A DNA stretch of 64,000 bases, taken from the NCBI GenBank assembly GCA_963750165.1, contig CAVVPN010000003.1:2688001-2752000 (forward strand). The letters are read 5' to 3'. A model generated the notes under the pieces. That model made no database searches and had not been told where the DNA came from. It saw only the letters and a program-made list of their open reading frames with translations. This document shows, in pieces, positions 61,007 through 64,000 of the stretch. The translations under genes were made by a program, and so were the position numbers. The DNA comes from an uncultured Gemmataceae bacterium. Lineage in GTDB: Bacteria; Planctomycetota; Planctomycetia; Gemmatales; Gemmataceae. Each line of letters opens with the position of its first letter. Position 1 is the first letter of the stretch.

Positions 61007-62464
61007 ATGAGTTCAACGCTTGTCCTCGGCCTGGCTGCCACCGGGGCCGCCCCGGCGGCGCCGGCCGCGGCCACCGAGCTGTCGCCCGTCGCCGCTCGCC
61101 GGGCCCTGTTCTGGATCCTCCTGCTCGGCGCCGTCGTTCGGCTGGCGCTGTTGCTGTGGTCCTGGAACCAGCCGCTGTCCATCGAGGACGAGCAGCACTA
61201 CCACCTGCTGGCGGTCAACCTGGTCCGTTACGGCGAGTTTGCCGACGCTCCCGGCGAGCTGACCTCCATCCGGCCGCCGCTGTTCCCGTTCCTGGTGGCC
61301 GGCGTGTACGCGGTCTGCGGCACCGAGGCGCTGGCGGCGGTCCGGCTGCTGCAGGCCGTGCTGAGCCTGGCGACGGTGCTGATCGCTTACCGGCTGGGCG
61401 TGGCGGTCGCTTCGCGGCGCGTCGCCCTGTGGTTGGCGAGCGCGCTGTGTTTCTACCCGTCGCTGCTGGGCTTCAACACCCTGCTGTTGACCGAGGTGCT
61501 GTTCACCTTCCTGCTCAGCGCCTTCTGCCTGCTGGTGGTGCTGTCGGTGCGCCGCGGCTCGCTGGCGGGCATGGCGGCGGCGGGCGGCGTGCTCGGACTG
61601 GCCGCTCTGACGCGCAGCGTCATGTGGTTGTTCCCGCCGGTGCTGGCCGTCTTCCTGCTGTTCGCCTGGCCCGGGCCGCTGTGGCGACGCCTGGCCGCGG
61701 GCGCCCTGGTGGGCCTGGCGTTCGCGGCCGTCATCGCTCCGTGGTCGATCCGCAACACGCAGTTGCAGAAGGTGTTCACGACCATCGACGTGATGGGCGG
61801 CCGCAATTTCATGATGGGCAACTACCGCTATACCCCCCTGTACCGGTCCTGGGACGCCATCGGCCTCAAGGGGGAGGAGAGCTGGGCGTACGAGGTCAGG
61901 ATGACCTATCCCGCCGCGGAACGGGACACGCAGGGAAAAATTGATAAGCTGGCGCTGCGCCAGGGGCTACAATTTGTGCGGGAGCACCCGGGACTGACCC
62001 TGCTGCGCGATCTGGTGAAGTTCTTCGACTTCTGGGGCCTGGAGCGGGAGTTGGTTGCCGGCGCCGTGCGCGGCTACCTCGGCCCGCTGTCGAAACCGGC
62101 GCTGGCCCTGGTGGCGCTGGCGATCTTCGGCAGTTATGCCCTGGCCGTGTTGCTGGCCCTGTTCGGCCTGGTGATGGCGCCGCCCGCTGATCGACGGTCC
62201 TGGTGGTTCCTGCTGCTGGTGGTGGTGTTCGTCTGCGGCATGCACACGCTGGTGTTCGGCCACTCGCGCTATCACCTGCCGCTCATGCCGATCGTCCTGC
62301 TCGGCGCCGCCTGTGCCTGGGTGCAGCGCCGGCAGCTCTGGCAACAGCGGCGCAGCCGGGCCTTCCTGGCGGCGTGCGGATTGTGTGGCGTCCTGCTGGT
62401 GGGCTGGCTCTGGCTGTTCGTGGCCGTTGACCTGAAACTGTTCCTGAGCGCGATGGGCGGTTGA
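61007..62464 (+). CDS. GT-C (ArnT/GT39-like) glycosyltransferase
   Basis: EDEQHY, RPPLFP, LLTE, PWSIRN, SRYHLP. Confidence 0.85.
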   Translation: MSSTLVLGLAATGAAPAAPAAATELSPVAARRALFWILLLGAVVRLALLLWSWNQPLSIEDEQHYHLLAVNLVRYGEFADAPGELTSIRPPLFPFLVAGVYAVCGTEALAAVRLLQAVLSLATVLIAYRLGVAVASRRVALWLASALCFYPSLLGFNTLLLTEVLFTFLLSAFCLLVVLSVRRGSLAGMAAAGGVLGLAALTRSVMWLFPPVLAVFLLFAWPGPLWRRLAAGALVGLAFAAVIAPWSIRNTQLQKVFTTIDVMGGRNFMMGNYRYTPLYRSWDAIGLKGEESWAYEVRMTYPAAERDTQGKIDKLALRQGLQFVREHPGLTLLRDLVKFFDFWGLERELVAGAVRGYLGPLSKPALALVALAIFGSYALAVLLALFGLVMAPPADRRSWWFLLLVVVFVCGMHTLVFGHSRYHLPLMPIVLLGAACAWVQRRQLWQQRRSRAFLAACGLCGVLLVGWLWLFVAVDLKLFLSAMGG

Positions 62465-62547
62465 CCGGACGATTCTTCCAGGGAATTTTCACTCGCATCC
62501 CTGGGGTCGGCGCTCGTCGTGACCGTTTTGTGTACTGGGAAGCAATT

Positions 62548-64000
62548 ATGCCCGGAATTTGTGGCGCCCTGAGTGTGACTCCTCGTTCGGACCCGGACGG
62601 CCTGGTGGCCGAGATGGTCCGGCGGATGAAACATCATCCCTGGTACGTCGAGCAGCAGCACGCCACTGCCGCCGGCGATCTGACGCTGGGACAGGTCACG
62701 CTCGGCCACGGGAACGCCGTCCCTCAATCCGGGTCCAACGAGGACGGCTCGCTGTTGGCGGTGATGGAAGGCGAGTTGCACAACTATGACGAGGAGCGGC
62801 GCCGTCTGGAAGCGGCCGGCCACGTCTTCCACTCCGACAGCCCGGCCGAACTGCTGGCGCACGGCTTCGAGCAGGAGGGCAAGGCGTTCTTCCGCCGCCT
62901 GAACGGCCTGTTCGCGGTCGCGCTGTGGGACGCGGGCCGACGGCGGCTGTACCTGGCCAATGACCGCTTCGGCATCAAGGCGCTGTATTACAGTCAGGCC
63001 GCCGGCAAACTGCTGTTCGCCTCGGAGGTCAAGGCGCTGCTGGCCGACCGGCACTTGCCGCGGGCGGTGGACCCGCGTGGGGCGGCCCAGTTCTTTACCT
63101 ACGGCCACCTGTTCGGGGAAGACACGCTGCACCAGGGCGTGCGGCTGTTGCCGGCCGCGGGCTGGCTGACTTACGACGCGGCCGAGGATCGCCTGACGGT
63201 GGAGCGCTACTGGCGTTTCGAGCCCGGAGCGGTCGCAGCGCCGGCCAGCGAGCCGGAGCAACTGGACCGCCTCGCCGACGCCTTTCGGCGCGCGGTGGCA
63301 CGGCGGACGGGCGGCGACGAGCGATTGGGGCTGTCGCTTTCCGGCGGCCTGGACGCCCGGACGATCCTGGGCGTGGTGGCCGCCGACCGCGAACTCACCT
63401 CCGTCACCCTGGGCATCCCGGGCAGCATCGACCACTGCGTTGCCGCGGAACTGGCGCGCGTGGCCGGGCGGCCGCACCGCAACTTCGTGCTGGACGAGCA
63501 ATTCCTGTCGCGGTTCGAGGACCACCTGCGCTGGATGGTCCACCTGACCGATGGCCACTACCTGTCGCAGTGCATCGTCATGCCGACGCTGCCCGTCTAC
63601 CGCGACCTGGGCATTCAGGTGTTGCTGCGCGGCCACGCCGGCGAGTTGATGCACCTGGACAAGGCGTACAACTTCTCGCTCGACAGCGAAGGGCTGGCGC
63701 TGCGCGACAGCACCGCCCTGGAGAGCTGGCTGTGGCGGCGGTTGCAGACGTACATGCTGGACGAACTGCGCGAGCCGCTGTTCGCCCCCGGCTTCCACTG
63801 CGACGCTGCGGAGCTGGCGCGGGCCTCGCTGCGCGACTGCCTGGCGGAGACGGACGAGGTGACGCCGCCGGCCCAGCGCGTCAGCCATCTGTTCCTGGCC
63901 CAGCGGGTGCGCCGCGAGACCGCTCTGTCGATGCTCGAGTTCGGCTCGCTCGTGTCCATCCGGCTGCCGTACCTGGACAACGACCTGGTGGACGCGCTGC
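62548..64000 (+). CDS. Asparagine-synthase-like amide ligase (3' partial), lacking the N-terminal Cys
   Basis: Not in the ORF track (runs off the window end); my translation gives MPGICG, EGELHN, LNGLFAVALWD, DRFGIKALYY, LSGGLDAR, RLPYLDND. Confidence 0.85.
   Translation, partial: MPGICGALSVTPRSDPDGLVAEMVRRMKHHPWYVEQQHATAAGDLTLGQVTLGHGNAVPQSGSNEDGSLLAVMEGELHNYDEERRRLEAAGHVFHSDSPAELLAHGFEQEGKAFFRRLNGLFAVALWDAGRRRLYLANDRFGIKALYYSQAAGKLLFASEVKALLADRHLPRAVDPRGAAQFFTYGHLFGEDTLHQGVRLLPAAGWLTYDAAEDRLTVERYWRFEPGAVAAPASEPEQLDRLADAFRRAVARRTGGDERLGLSLSGGLDARTILGVVAADRELTSVTLGIPGSIDHCVAAELARVAGRPHRNFVLDEQFLSRFEDHLRWMVHLTDGHYLSQCIVMPTLPVYRDLGIQVLLRGHAGELMHLDKAYNFSLDSEGLALRDSTALESWLWRRLQTYMLDELREPLFAPGFHCDAAELARASLRDCLAETDEVTPPAQRVSHLFLAQRVRRETALSMLEFGSLVSIRLPYLDNDLVDAL

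Overview
High-GC window, most likely from a Planctomycete (Gemmataceae-like), judging by DUF1549/DUF1553 and DUF1501 genes, two mcsA plus mcsB, an H4MPT-pathway Orf20-like gene and REP-like hairpins. The first ~17 kb is mixed housekeeping/accessory DNA with several palindromic repeats, a DUF1501 fragment and an IS4-like remnant. From ~17.2 kb to the window end is one large, divergently organised surface-glycan locus. It encodes an exosortase and EpsI, Wzc, a priming sugar transferase, Wzm/Wzt, an O-antigen-ligase-like protein, heptose pathway genes, GT2/GT4/GT9/GT-C enzymes, two AsnB-like enzymes, six methyltransferases, a 2OG-Fe hydroxylase, a pyruvyl transferase, and a PDH-like E1-E2 + ACP + deacetylase + GNAT-like module. 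Read directly from the DNA: five GG-N10-GC sigma54-type promoters, each paired with upstream 18-bp TGT-N12-ACA boxes. About ten genes carry single-base frameshifts, probably assembly indels. All functional calls come from motif recognition by eye; no database searches were run.
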